Assembly: GCA_963664875.1 (NCBI GenBank)
Contig: OY761611.1
Coordinates: forward strand, 340,511 to 404,510
Direction: 5' to 3'
DNA from: Candidatus Kapaibacterium sp.
GTDB lineage: Bacteria > Bacteroidota > Ignavibacteria > Kapaibacteriales > UBA2268
Length of the DNA: 64,000 nucleotides
The translations under genes were made by a program, and so were the position numbers. Positions 1-10,254 of the stretch are shown piece by piece (position 1 is the stretch's first letter; every line of letters begins with the position of its first letter). The notes below the pieces were generated by a model, which saw only the letters and a list, made by a program, of their open reading frames with translations, had not been told where the DNA came from and did no database searches.

Positions 1-1229
1 AGCAAAAATGCAAGAATCATACTAAGAATAGCTATTACTATCAAAAAAGTTTCAACCTGACGTTTTGTAGATGCTTCATTTTGCGAAACAGCTATGTTTT
101 TTTCTGTGTCGTGCAATTCGCTAAGAAGACTCAATTTCTTAATTGACTCTGTCTGGATAGCTTGATGGAGTGAATCTCGTAATGTACATTTTTCAAGTAA
201 AACACCATCAGCCAATTCAAATTTCTTCTGTGCTTTTAGAAGCTCATACTTAGTATCTAAAATCAACATCTTTAAATCAGGTGTGTTTTCAGCTTCAGTT
301 AATGCGGTGGCCAAAGAAAAATAGTGCTCAGCAGAATCAATCTGCTGTTTAAAAGAATATATTTTGCTAAAGCGCAACAATGTATTTATCTGCAGATGAT
401 TATCATTAGACACAATTACATCATCTAAGCAATCGAAAAGATAATCAATAGATGTTTCAAAATCTTTCTTTTTGAAATACATATCTGCAAGATTAAACTT
501 GGTGCGTGCAATCTGTCCAATATTATTAGTAGTTTTAAATTGAGCAATGGTTTTAACAAAATATACTTTTGCAGAATCATATTGTTCCATATCTGCAAAT
601 ATCAAAGCCTTATTATTAGATGCAAAAGCAAGGAGTTTAAAATTTTGTAGTTCTATGGCAAGACTGTAAGCATTGTTTATATATTCTATAGCTTTGGAAT
701 GTTGTTTAGTATTCCAATAAACTTTTGCAAGTGTAAAATAGAATTTTAGTTCTAATTCTTTATCTACAATATTTTTTGCTTTTTCTAATCCTTTGAAAGC
801 ATATTTGAAGCTATTATCAAAAGATTCTAAATTGATAAATAAATTACTTAACTGATAATCTGCAATCGCATCTTTGTCAATCATCTCAAGTTCTTCAAAG
901 ACAGCTTGTGACTTTTTCAAATTTGTAAAAGCAGGTAAGTAATTGCCCATTTTGTTTTGAAATATTGCATATTCTAAATCAATTAGAGCAATAAGTGATT
1001 TTTCCTGTGACTTACTAATCTCGCTGTAAGCTTCTTTGTAAAGGATGTAAGCTTCCTCTGCATTATTTCCGGGTAAGCTTTTCAAAAGAGAAATGTATAA
1101 CTCTGTTTTTTCGTTATACGTTTTACTTTTTCTGAGTGCATCGTATAAACTATCAATTTTGTTATTTGCAAAACTAATGCTTATATTTAATGTTGCTATA
1201 AACAGCAGAACGATATATATATTTTTCAT
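1..1229 (-). CDS. TPR-repeat sensor protein, N-terminal part (signal peptide, TPR ectodomain, TM segment); the gene continues beyond the window start and is probably a hybrid histidine kinase like 34578..37799
   Basis: Reverse-strand translation from the ATG at 1229 gives MKNIYIVLLFIATLNISISFANN... with repeated TPR-like helical pairs, ending in a hydrophobic TM stretch (FLIVIAILSMILAFL). Same N-terminal architecture as the 1073-aa TPR-HK-REC protein at 34578. Not in the supplied ORF track because it runs off the window edge. Confidence 0.6.
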   Translation of the reverse strand, partial: MKNIYIVLLFIATLNISISFANNKIDSLYDALRKSKTYNEKTELYISLLKSLPGNNAEEAYILYKEAYSEISKSQEKSLIALIDLEYAIFQNKMGNYLPAFTNLKKSQAVFEELEMIDKDAIADYQLSNLFINLESFDNSFKYAFKGLEKAKNIVDKELELKFYFTLAKVYWNTKQHSKAIEYINNAYSLAIELQNFKLLAFASNNKALIFADMEQYDSAKVYFVKTIAQFKTTNNIGQIARTKFNLADMYFKKKDFETSIDYLFDCLDDVIVSNDNHLQINTLLRFSKIYSFKQQIDSAEHYFSLATALTEAENTPDLKMLILDTKYELLKAQKKFELADGVLLEKCTLRDSLHQAIQTESIKKLSLLSELHDTEKNIAVSQNEASTKRQVETFLIVIAILSMILAFL

Positions 1230-1343
1230 TATCTCACTTGCTGAGTAAAAAAGTATGCTTTGATTTTTGTAGTAGATGACAAATATATATAGATAATTGT
1301 TTGTCAATCTGCTTAAAATATAAACTAATAAAAACTTAACACA

Positions 1344-1814
1344 ATGCCAAAAATCATATCAAATACAATACAATTTCACATAGCTAAATATAATGATTCT
1401 GCTAATAGATTCGAACATCTTCTGCTCAAAAGAGCAAGTAATGCAAAACTATATCCCAATGTATGGCAGGTAGTTACAGGCACAATAGAATCAGGAGAAA
1501 CAGCACTTGCCACGGCAAAAAGAGAATTAGAAGAAGAGACAAAATTATCAACATTAAAAATATGGACTTTGCCTTATATAACGCAATATTTTGATGTAAA
1601 AAATGATGCAATTGGATTAGCTCCTTGCTTTGCGGCGTTAGTCGGAAAAGATAGTCGAGTTATATTATCAAAAGAACACAGTGAATATAAATGGTGTGTA
1701 CTGGAAGAAGCAGTAGATATATTGCCTTTACCATCGCATAAAGAGGCTGCTGAGGTTTTCGAAAAATGTATTTTAGAGAATCATCTTCAAAAAATGTTTG
1801 AAATAACAATATAA
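1344..1814 (+). CDS. NUDIX hydrolase
   Basis: Nudix box GTIESGETALATAKRELEEETKL (GX5EX7REUXEEXGU pattern). Confidence 0.8.
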   Translation: MPKIISNTIQFHIAKYNDSANRFEHLLLKRASNAKLYPNVWQVVTGTIESGETALATAKRELEEETKLSTLKIWTLPYITQYFDVKNDAIGLAPCFAALVGKDSRVILSKEHSEYKWCVLEEAVDILPLPSHKEAAEVFEKCILENHLQKMFEITI

Positions 1815-1819
1815 AAGGT

Positions 1820-2686
1820 TTGCCCGAAATGGAGAAAACGGTTGCGGTCGTCCTGATAACATACAACAGATTAGAATTGCTAAAAGAAGTTTTGGCAGGA
1901 ATTAAAGCTCAAACTTTCCCAATAGATTCCATAATTGTTGTTAATAATGGTTCAACTGACGGCACTAAGGAATGGTTAGAAAGTCTGGATTATATTACAC
2001 TTATCACACAAGATAATGTTGGATCTTCAGGTGGTCAATATACAGGAATAAAAGCAGCTGCAGCAACAGGTGCCGAATGGATATGGACGATGGATGATGA
2101 TGTAGTACCTGCACCGGATTGTTTAAAACAACTGATGTCAATAGAAGGCGATGAGCTTGTTAGAGCTCCGCTTAGATACTCTGTAGATGGGGATGTATTC
2201 TATAATGATGTTTTAAATCTGAATCTTTCTAATCCTTTTTCAAGTATTTGGGATGGCATTTTATCCCAAAAAGACTTAAAAGATAATATTATTCCGGCTG
2301 AAGGAATTACTTTCGAAGGACCTGTGTTCAAAGCAAGCTATGTGGCGGCAGTAGGACTCCCTGAGAAGAAATTCTTTATTTATGCAGATGATACTGATTA
2401 TATGATTAGACTGACTAAAGCAGGTGCAAAATGTGTAATAGTCAGAGATGCTAAATTGCAGCGAAAACTACCTGTACCCAAAATTGATATTGCTTTAAAT
2501 TGGAAGTCATATTATATGGTTAGAAATATAATAGCCATAGACAGGTTGCATGGAGATTTGTTTGTAAGTCTTTTGAGGCCTTTTGCCTATCTATTAAGTT
2601 GGTCAATGAAATGTAAATCAGTTAAAGAACTTAAAACTGTCTTTAAGGCATTTGTTGACGGATATTTATATAAGTCAGATAATTAG
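1820..2686 (+). CDS. Glycosyltransferase family 2
   Basis: N-terminal VVLITYNRLELLKEVL...VVNNGSTDGT and DXD-like MDDDVVP motifs typical of GT2 (GT-A fold). Confidence 0.8.
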   Translation: MPEMEKTVAVVLITYNRLELLKEVLAGIKAQTFPIDSIIVVNNGSTDGTKEWLESLDYITLITQDNVGSSGGQYTGIKAAAATGAEWIWTMDDDVVPAPDCLKQLMSIEGDELVRAPLRYSVDGDVFYNDVLNLNLSNPFSSIWDGILSQKDLKDNIIPAEGITFEGPVFKASYVAAVGLPEKKFFIYADDTDYMIRLTKAGAKCVIVRDAKLQRKLPVPKIDIALNWKSYYMVRNIIAIDRLHGDLFVSLLRPFAYLLSWSMKCKSVKELKTVFKAFVDGYLYKSDN

Positions 2687-2732
2687 AAATAATAAAGGCA
2701 AAGATTATTACGATCTTTGCCTTTGATAAATT

Positions 2733-4565
2733 TTATTCGACTGTAACACTTTTTGCTAAATTACGAGGCTGATCAACATTACATTCCAATTCAACAGCTA
2801 TATAGTAAGCCAATAACTGCAAAGGAATCACTGACAAAATAGGAGTGAGGATTGGCAAAGTTTCAGGTATATAAATCACATGATTAGCAAATCGTTTGAT
2901 ATTTTCATCACCTTCAGTTGCTACTGCAATTATTTTACCTTCTCGAGCTTTAACTACCTCAATGTTATTGATTATTTTATCGTAAATTTCATCTTTCGTC
3001 GCAATAAAGACAACCGGCATATTTTTATCAATCAAAGCGATTGGTCCATGCTTCATTTCAGCAGCAGGGTAACCTTCAGCATGGATATATGAAATTTCCT
3101 TTAGCTTTAAAGCACCTTCCAATGCTACAGGATAATTAACACCTCTGCCGAGATACAAGAAATTTTTAGCTTGAGCATATTGCTTTGCTATTTCTCTTAT
3201 TTTATCAGATTGATCCAATATGTGTTGAATTTTTTCAGGCAAAAGCACAATTTCTTCAGCAATTCGTTTACCTTCACTAAAAGAAAGATTTTTCATTCTA
3301 CCAAGATACAAACCAAACAGAGTCAAAGTCGCAATTTGTGAAGTAAATGCTTTTGTAGAAGCTACTCCAATCTCAGGACCGGCATGAATGTAAATACCGG
3401 CTTCTGTTTCTCTTGCAATTTGGCTGCCGACTGCATTTACAATCCCAAGAGTCATTGCACCTTTACGTTTTGCTTCGACTACTGCAGCTAAAGTATCAGC
3501 AGTTTCTCCGCTTTGAGAAATTGCAAAAAGTACGTCATCTTCTGAAATTACAGGATTTCTATATCTGAATTCAGAAGCATACTCGACCTCTACCGGCACC
3601 TGAGCTAATTGCTCTATAATGTACTCAGCTACTAATCCGGCATGCCACGATGTGCCACAAGCCGTAATGATAATTCTTTTTGCTGATCTAATCTTTTCAA
3701 AAACAGGTCTTAAACCACCTAATTTCACGTTTCCTTCTTCGAGAAGTAATCTACCTCTAAAAGCATCTTGTATTGTATCAGGTTGTTCAAATATTTCTTT
3801 TAACATGAAATGTGAAAAACCACCTTTTTCGATTTGTGATAAATCGAAATCAATTTCATGTATGCTGCTTTTGGTTGCTTTATTGTCAATAGTTTTAGTG
3901 CTGATACCAGTACCGTTTACTATTGCCATTTCGTTATCAGCCAAATATATCACATTTTTAGTATATTGGATTATTGCAGCTGCATCAGAAGCAACTATAT
4001 ATTCTTCGTCCCCAACTCCAATTACAACCGGAGACCCTCTTCGTGCAGTTATTAGCTTATCCGGGCACTCTTTGCACATAACTATTATACCAAATGTACC
4101 ATTTACTTCTGAGAGTGCTAAACGAACTGCTTCTTCCAAATTATTGACTTTTGAGTAAAGCATACCAATAAATGCTGCCAACACTTCAGAATCAGTTTCA
4201 GATTTGAAGGTATATCCGTCTTTTAAAAGTTTTTGTTTCAGTATGTTATAGTTCTCAATAATTCCATTATGTACAATGGAAATATCTCCACTGTTATCAG
4301 AATGAGGATGAGCATTTATATCATTTGGGAAACCATGCGTAGCCCATCTTGTGTGAGCTATGCCTATAGTAGCATTATAAGAAGAAGGATCAAAAGCTTT
4401 TTCAAGTTCAGAAACTTTTCCTCTTTTTTTTGTTGTCAAAATTGAGCCGTTTTCTAAAATAGCAACACCTGCTGAATCATAACCTCTGTATTCCATTCTT
4501 TTTAAGCCTGCCAAAAGCACATTGGCAGCTTCTCGTTTACCTATATATCCAACTATTCCACACAT
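2733..4565 (-). CDS. glmS: Glutamine--fructose-6-phosphate aminotransferase (isomerising)
   Basis: MCGIVGYIG N-terminal Cys nucleophile, two SIS domains, C-terminal ...SVTVE; 610 aa. Confidence 0.95.
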   Translation of the reverse strand: MCGIVGYIGKREAANVLLAGLKRMEYRGYDSAGVAILENGSILTTKKRGKVSELEKAFDPSSYNATIGIAHTRWATHGFPNDINAHPHSDNSGDISIVHNGIIENYNILKQKLLKDGYTFKSETDSEVLAAFIGMLYSKVNNLEEAVRLALSEVNGTFGIIVMCKECPDKLITARRGSPVVIGVGDEEYIVASDAAAIIQYTKNVIYLADNEMAIVNGTGISTKTIDNKATKSSIHEIDFDLSQIEKGGFSHFMLKEIFEQPDTIQDAFRGRLLLEEGNVKLGGLRPVFEKIRSAKRIIITACGTSWHAGLVAEYIIEQLAQVPVEVEYASEFRYRNPVISEDDVLFAISQSGETADTLAAVVEAKRKGAMTLGIVNAVGSQIARETEAGIYIHAGPEIGVASTKAFTSQIATLTLFGLYLGRMKNLSFSEGKRIAEEIVLLPEKIQHILDQSDKIREIAKQYAQAKNFLYLGRGVNYPVALEGALKLKEISYIHAEGYPAAEMKHGPIALIDKNMPVVFIATKDEIYDKIINNIEVVKAREGKIIAVATEGDENIKRFANHVIYIPETLPILTPILSVIPLQLLAYYIAVELECNVDQPRNLAKSVTVE

Positions 4566-4753
4566 ATTTTCAATCTCAATAGTTAATTACGAACAACAAA
4601 GATAATAAAAATTGAGCATATTAAATACTCGATAATTATATTACCCTTTAGCAAATAATTGGTTCTAAAAATATAGGGTAAATTGCTCTTGTATTTATCT
4701 TGAAAGTTTGTTAATTTAGGTTTTTTGAAAATAATTATAAAAAGTATATTATT

Positions 4754-5878
4754 ATGACTGAAAATACCCCATTAATTTTAATAGTAGATGATGTGCCTAA
4801 AAACATTCAGGTTGTTGGCAACATCCTGAGAGAAGAAGGCTACAGAATTGCTTATGCTCTAAATGGGCAAACTGCACTTGAACTTGTAAACAGTAATAGT
4901 TTTGATTTGATTTTGTTAGATGTGATGATGCCTGAAATGGATGGTTTTACTCTTTGTAGCAAAATAAAAGAAATTGAATCATATAAAAATGTTCCAATCA
5001 TATTTTTGACTGCAAAAAACGACCATGCCAGTCTATTGAAAGGATTCGAACTTGGGGGCGTCGATTACGTAACAAAACCTTTCAGAGCCAGAGAACTTAT
5101 TGTTAGAGTAAATACTCATGTACGTCAGAAAACAGAAAATCAGACACTACTTCAATCTGTATCAGATTTTCAGGATTTAAGCGAGAAAAAAGATAAATTT
5201 TTCTCTATCATTGCTCATGATATGCGCAATCCGCTTGCCGCATTCAAATCTATAGCAGAACTTCTTGACAAATCTTTTGATGAAATGACAAGAGAAGATA
5301 TAAGAAGTTACATTGCAACTATAAGAGATAGTGCGGACAGATTATATGATTTATTCCAAAATTTGATGAGTTGGTCTCGTTCCAAAACTAATTCTATTCT
5401 TTATAGCCCTCAAACTATTAGTATAGATTTTGTAATATCTAATGTGATTGATTTAATTCGGATAAGTGCAGACAAAAAAGATATAGAAATCTATACAAAT
5501 TACGATCAGCTTTCAGAAATATATGCTGATGTTAATATGCTATCAACAATCCTTCGCAATCTTATAAGCAATGCCATCAAATTTAGTAATCCGGGTGGCT
5601 TGATAGAAATTGATGTAATAGACGATGAAGAAAAAGTGCTTTTTACTGTAACAGATAGCGGGACAGGTATCCCTAAAGAAAGACTAACAAAATTATTTGA
5701 TTACCACGAAACTAAATCTACGATTGGTACTGCAGGCGAAAAAGGAACAGGACTCGGTTTACTGCTATGTGAAGAGTTTGTATCTAAACACGGTGGAAAA
5801 ATATGGGCTGAAAGTGATTTAGGCAAAGGAACTAAATTCAATTTTACTATACCAAAATCAAATGAAGAGGGCGAATGA
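4754..5878 (+). CDS. Cytoplasmic hybrid sensor histidine kinase (REC-HisKA-HATPase)
   Basis: N-terminal receiver (LIVDD...LDVMMPEMDG), H-box FFSIIAHDMRNPL, HATPase N/G boxes (ISNAIKFS, DSGTGIP, GTGLGL). Confidence 0.85.
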   Translation: MTENTPLILIVDDVPKNIQVVGNILREEGYRIAYALNGQTALELVNSNSFDLILLDVMMPEMDGFTLCSKIKEIESYKNVPIIFLTAKNDHASLLKGFELGGVDYVTKPFRARELIVRVNTHVRQKTENQTLLQSVSDFQDLSEKKDKFFSIIAHDMRNPLAAFKSIAELLDKSFDEMTREDIRSYIATIRDSADRLYDLFQNLMSWSRSKTNSILYSPQTISIDFVISNVIDLIRISADKKDIEIYTNYDQLSEIYADVNMLSTILRNLISNAIKFSNPGGLIEIDVIDDEEKVLFTVTDSGTGIPKERLTKLFDYHETKSTIGTAGEKGTGLGLLLCEEFVSKHGGKIWAESDLGKGTKFNFTIPKSNEEGE

Positions 5879-7353
5879 AACTGTTAAAGTCAGTACCTTT
5901 GCATGTTAAAATTCTGATTGCCTTGGTTTTAGGGGCAATCTGGGGTTCTGTTTTTTCAGTTCAATCCGATGTTTTTATTGCCAATTATGAGAATAACTCC
6001 AATCAATCTGAATCTATAATTGCGGACTGGGACAAAATAGAGATACAAAATTCTGATGTTTCTTATTCGAGAAGTGAAGCAAATAAGTTTTTCAATTATG
6101 TAGGTAAAAATAAACCGATAAATGTTGTAATCTATCAGCAAAACAAAGCAGAGATTTTACTCACAATCGAATCAATAAAGAAAAAAGAAACTTTTGCTAC
6201 ATATTTGAGACCAATAGGTACTCTTTTTATAAAACTTTTAAGTTTTCTGGCAATACCTCTTGTAATCGCCTCATTGATAGTAGGAGCAGCTAGTCTTGAT
6301 AACATTAAGAAATTGGGGAGAATAGGAGGTAGAACCTTTTTATTTTATTTAGCTACTACTACTATAGCTATTGGCATAGGTTTGTCGCTTGCAAATTTGA
6401 TAGCTCCCGGCAAACAAATACCAGATAGTATTAAGTCTGAAATGCTCAGTTCTGCTGATAATAATATAGATGCTGACATAAGCTCAAAAATGGAAATTGA
6501 TTTGTTAGAGTTTGTAGTTGATATAGTACCTAAAAATCCGTTTAAAGCTATGAGTAGCGGCAATATGCTGCAAATTGTGTTCTTTTCTGTAATGTTTGGG
6601 ATAACACTAACTTTTATTGAGAAAGAAAAAAGTAGCGTTGTAATATCATTTTTTTCAGGCGTATCTGATACTATGATTAAAATGGTAGATTTTATTATGT
6701 ATTTGGCACCTTATGGTGTTTTTGCTTTGATAGCAGCCACAATAGCAGATTTCGGGTACGAGATAATATCGACTCTTGTGTGGTATATTTTAACTGTAAT
6801 TCTTGGACTATTTTTGCAAAACTTTTTAGTTTATAATTCTGTCGTAAAATTATTTGGTAGAATTTCTATCAAAAAGTTTTTAAGCGAAATACGAAATGCA
6901 CAAGCAATAGGCTTTAGTACAAGCTCCTCTGCAGCTACTTTACCTGTTACATTCGAGTGTGTTGAGAAAATGGGAGTACCTAAGCAGGTATCCGGGTTTG
7001 TGTTGCCGCTTGGTGCCACTATAAATATGGATGGAACCGCCCTTTACCAAGGAGTTGCTACAGTTTTCATTGCACAGATTTATGGAATGGACTTAGGTCT
7101 AACCGAACAGCTTACTGTAGTTCTGACTGCTGTTTTAGCTTCTATAGGTACTGCTCCTGTGCCGGGAGTAGGCATTATCATGCTGGTTATGATTTTGCAA
7201 TCTGTCAATATTCCACCTGAAGGAATTGCACTGATTATGGGAGTTGATAGATTGCTGGACATGATGCGAACAATTACAAACGTAAGTGGTGATGCAGCAG
7301 TAGCTGTGGCGATTGACGGTATAGAAAGTAAAGGTAAGCAAGCTTTGATATAG
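5875..7353 (+). CDS. Dicarboxylate/amino acid:cation symporter (DAACS/SDF family)
   Basis: Multi-TM protein with conserved DAACS C-terminal core (...GVATVFIAQ..., ...MLVMILQSV..., DRLLDMMRT.NVSGD). ATGA overlap with the upstream kinase. Carries an unusually long hydrophilic insert after TM1. Confidence 0.8.
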   Translation: MKLLKSVPLHVKILIALVLGAIWGSVFSVQSDVFIANYENNSNQSESIIADWDKIEIQNSDVSYSRSEANKFFNYVGKNKPINVVIYQQNKAEILLTIESIKKKETFATYLRPIGTLFIKLLSFLAIPLVIASLIVGAASLDNIKKLGRIGGRTFLFYLATTTIAIGIGLSLANLIAPGKQIPDSIKSEMLSSADNNIDADISSKMEIDLLEFVVDIVPKNPFKAMSSGNMLQIVFFSVMFGITLTFIEKEKSSVVISFFSGVSDTMIKMVDFIMYLAPYGVFALIAATIADFGYEIISTLVWYILTVILGLFLQNFLVYNSVVKLFGRISIKKFLSEIRNAQAIGFSTSSSAATLPVTFECVEKMGVPKQVSGFVLPLGATINMDGTALYQGVATVFIAQIYGMDLGLTEQLTVVLTAVLASIGTAPVPGVGIIMLVMILQSVNIPPEGIALIMGVDRLLDMMRTITNVSGDAAVAVAIDGIESKGKQALI

Positions 7354-7394
7354 ATAAATGCCACAATTGATTTGAATGGCTCTAAAAGAATATA

Positions 7395-7436
7395 AAAAAA
7401 TCGAACAAAAGAAATTGCTCTATTGTTCGATTTTTT
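7395..7436. terminator. Bidirectional rho-independent terminator hairpin between convergent genes
   Basis: Perfect 14-bp inverted repeat aaaaaatcgaacaa/ttgttcgatttttt with A-run and T-run flanks. Confidence 0.7.
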
Positions 7437-7448
7437 CATATTTCAAAG

Positions 7449-8327
7449 TTAGAAGTTACCTTCATGCAAACCTGAAGGTACTTGAATGACTGCATTGTCT
7501 ATTAGGCGCGTTTTTCCTAAGTACACAGCTAAGAGCAGCACAATTTTATCTCCCGGAAGAAATTCGTCAGGTTCATCGAAGTTATCTGCATTGGCTGCAG
7601 CAACATAATCTACTTGAAAAAGATTTTTTTCTCTTATCGTTTTAAGCATAATTGAGTTTATTATCTTTCTTCGTTTTTCACCTTTGCCAATTTCTAATTT
7701 TGCTTCTTCAAGAGCCTGAAATAATGTAGGTGCAACTTCTCTTTCTATTTTAGAAAGATAAGTATTACGAGATGACATAGCCAATCCGTCTGCTTCTCTT
7801 ATTGTAGGTGAGATGATTATTTCGATTGGGAAATTCAAATCACGAACTAATTTCTTGATGACAAGAGTTTGCTGATAATCTTTCTGACCGAATACTGCAA
7901 TATCAGGGAGTGTGCAGTTGAAAAGTTTTGCTACCACTGTTGCTACACCTGAGAAGTGAGTAGGTCGTTTGATACCTTCAAATTTATCTGTAACTCCTTT
8001 TATGTCTATCGAAGAATTGAAACCTATAGGATACATTTCTAATTCATTAGGATAAAAAAGTATATCAGCTCCTGCACTTTCTGATTTTTGACAATCGCTT
8101 TCAAAATCTCTTGGATATTTTGCTAAATCTTCGTGTGGTGCAAACTGAGTTGGATTTACAAATAAAGTAGTGATAACAATATCACTGCGTTTCTTTGCTT
8201 CTTCGATTAGGCTTAAATGACCATTATGCAGATAACCCATTGTTGGCACAACAGCTATTTTTTTGCCTTGTACTTTCTGAGCTATTGAAAAAGCCTGCAT
8301 TTCAGCAACAGTATTTATAATTTTCAT
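7449..8327 (-). CDS. panC: Pantoate--beta-alanine ligase
   Basis: PTMGYLHNGHLSL HIGH-type motif and overall PanC collinearity. Confidence 0.9.
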   Translation of the reverse strand: MKIINTVAEMQAFSIAQKVQGKKIAVVPTMGYLHNGHLSLIEEAKKRSDIVITTLFVNPTQFAPHEDLAKYPRDFESDCQKSESAGADILFYPNELEMYPIGFNSSIDIKGVTDKFEGIKRPTHFSGVATVVAKLFNCTLPDIAVFGQKDYQQTLVIKKLVRDLNFPIEIIISPTIREADGLAMSSRNTYLSKIEREVAPTLFQALEEAKLEIGKGEKRRKIINSIMLKTIREKNLFQVDYVAAANADNFDEPDEFLPGDKIVLLLAVYLGKTRLIDNAVIQVPSGLHEGNF

Positions 8328-8986
8328 TTTAAATCTCTGGAATATATAGTTTCGATATTATTCTGAATTTGAGTACCGGCTCTACCGGCAGTTTTGTCTG
8401 TTATTAGAGCTGGGAAGTTTTTAAAATTTGAAATAGGCAGTTTTGCCAAAAATTCAACAGAATCAGTATAATGATCTTCAAATATAACAGAATTTTCTTC
8501 TACCAATTTTTTGCATATTGATAAATCCTCATAGCCGCAAAAAACTTTAATTGGTTTGATTTTGAAAACCTGTTGTGTAGGACATGTTTCTAATACTTCT
8601 TCAGCGGTGCCGCCATAAGCTCTGGCAAGGCCGCCAACTCCTAATTTTGTACCGCCAAAATATCTTGTTACCACGACCGCAATGTCAGATAAGTTGAATT
8701 TATTGATGGAAAACAGTATTGGTTTTCCTGCCGATCCTGAAGGCTCTCCATCGTCAGAAGATCTAAATTCTAACCCGTCAGCCCCAATTTTGTAGGCAAA
8801 GCAGTTATGTGTAGCATCATAAAACTCTGCTCTTACAGTATCTAAAAAAGCCTCAGCTTCATCTTTACTACGTACATGTTGTACGGTAGCTATAAATTTA
8901 GAACCTTTGATTTTAGTTTCATATCGCTTTGTTTCATAAATGCTTAAATAGAAGTCTTCAGCTTTCAAAATATCAGTATTTATCAT
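8324..8986 (-). CDS. yigZ: IMPACT family protein YigZ (UPF0029)
   Basis: IKGSKFIA...EPSGSAGKPIL...VVTRYFGGTKLGVGGL motifs; ATGA overlap with panC. Confidence 0.8.
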   Translation of the reverse strand: MINTDILKAEDFYLSIYETKRYETKIKGSKFIATVQHVRSKDEAEAFLDTVRAEFYDATHNCFAYKIGADGLEFRSSDDGEPSGSAGKPILFSINKFNLSDIAVVVTRYFGGTKLGVGGLARAYGGTAEEVLETCPTQQVFKIKPIKVFCGYEDLSICKKLVEENSVIFEDHYTDSVEFLAKLPISNFKNFPALITDKTAGRAGTQIQNNIETIYSRDLK

Positions 8987-9016
8987 ATCAATTTTAAGTT
9001 CTTATTATTTAGTGCT

Positions 9017-10132
9017 TTATTTTTGAGATTTTTCAATTATATCGTTGCAGTATTGAATCATCAATTCAGCCGAATCATCCCATGAAAATGATTTTGCCCA
9101 CTGAACGGCTCCTTCCGACAAAGAATCATAGAGTTCTTTGTTTTTTAAGATTTGTATGAGTTTATCTGCTAAATCAGAGATATTACCGTACTCATATAAC
9201 ATTCCGGAAAGACCAGGCTTAACAGAATCTCTTAATCCGGGTACATTCGCAGAAACTGAAGGAGTGCCGCAGGCGTTAGCTTCTATATTTGTGATACCCC
9301 AACCTTCTTTCATAGATGTATTTACAACAATATGAGATTTCGAGAGCAATTCTACTTTTTGATCTTCAGTAACAAATCCCCAAAATGTAGTATCTTCGCT
9401 TATATTTAACTTTTCAGATAGAGCTTTTAGCGAGTCGAGAAAGTCTCCTTTGCCAATTATTTCGAGTTTAGCATTTGGAATATGAGACTTTACTATAGAA
9501 AACGCTTCCAATAAGTGATCCACACTTTTGTATTTCTTTAATCTTCCAAAATAGCAAATAGTGGGAACATTGTTTTTGTGAGCTACAGCCATTGGGAATT
9601 GTTTATGCTCTATCGCATTTGGAACTATGCGGAAATTGGCTTCATCAAATCCTCTTTCGATGAACTCCGATAAAGTGCTTTTTGATACAACTACAAACGG
9701 AGTATTCTTATATGAGACATCAACAAGTTTTTCAGAAAGTAACACGTAAGAAGCTGTCAGAAAATTAGCTTCTCTGTAAATACTTTTCCCAAAAAAATGA
9801 TGGCTTATAGCTAAAAGAGGCTCTTTAACAAATAATGGAGTGTAAAATGGAATTTTATTTATATCATCTATTACTATATCGTACTTGTTTGATTTTCTAA
9901 GCTTAAGATATTCTTTTCTTACTATATAATTGAAGAGAGAGCGACTTCCGCGTCTTATTACTTTGATGCCGTCAATAGTTTCCTCATCGGGGAAACCTGG
10001 AACCCGGCAGGCTAAAAGAGTAACTTCATGACCTTTTTGAACTACCCTTCGGAAGATTTCGTGCATGTGAACTTCTGCACCACCTCCAAATGGATTTTTT
10101 ATATCCTGCCAGTTGATTAGTAAAATTCTCAT
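9017..10132 (-). CDS. Glycosyltransferase family 4 (GT-B)
   Basis: C-terminal EGWGITNIEANACGTPSV...G motif of GT4/GT1 retaining transferases. Confidence 0.8.
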   Translation of the reverse strand: MRILLINWQDIKNPFGGGAEVHMHEIFRRVVQKGHEVTLLACRVPGFPDEETIDGIKVIRRGSRSLFNYIVRKEYLKLRKSNKYDIVIDDINKIPFYTPLFVKEPLLAISHHFFGKSIYREANFLTASYVLLSEKLVDVSYKNTPFVVVSKSTLSEFIERGFDEANFRIVPNAIEHKQFPMAVAHKNNVPTICYFGRLKKYKSVDHLLEAFSIVKSHIPNAKLEIIGKGDFLDSLKALSEKLNISEDTTFWGFVTEDQKVELLSKSHIVVNTSMKEGWGITNIEANACGTPSVSANVPGLRDSVKPGLSGMLYEYGNISDLADKLIQILKNKELYDSLSEGAVQWAKSFSWDDSAELMIQYCNDIIEKSQK

Positions 10133-10254
10133 CAGTAAAGTGTTTCAATATCTATAAAAAACAAATATAAGAAAAAATGGTATCTATTGTGGCATAGCTA
10201 TTGCAAACTTAAACAATAAAACGGAACAAATGATGCTTTGATGGGGGATAAGCT

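Noticed and set aside
3619-4158. 179-aa ORF (and several other 60-190-aa ORFs such as 36023..36583, 7080..7439, 31266..31502) lying antisense inside well-supported genes
   Set aside because: These are entirely embedded opposite strongly conserved coding sequences (glmS, histidine kinase, symporter, AclA-like). They have low-complexity, Ser/Phe/Ile-rich translations typical of antisense frames in AT-rich DNA. I treat them as spurious.
4566-4753. Possible glmS ribozyme/riboswitch in the 188-nt leader upstream of glmS (minus strand)
   Set aside because: The region is extremely AT-rich and lacks the GC-rich conserved core and pseudoknot elements of the glmS ribozyme. It is more likely plain divergent promoter DNA shared with the kinase gene at 4754.
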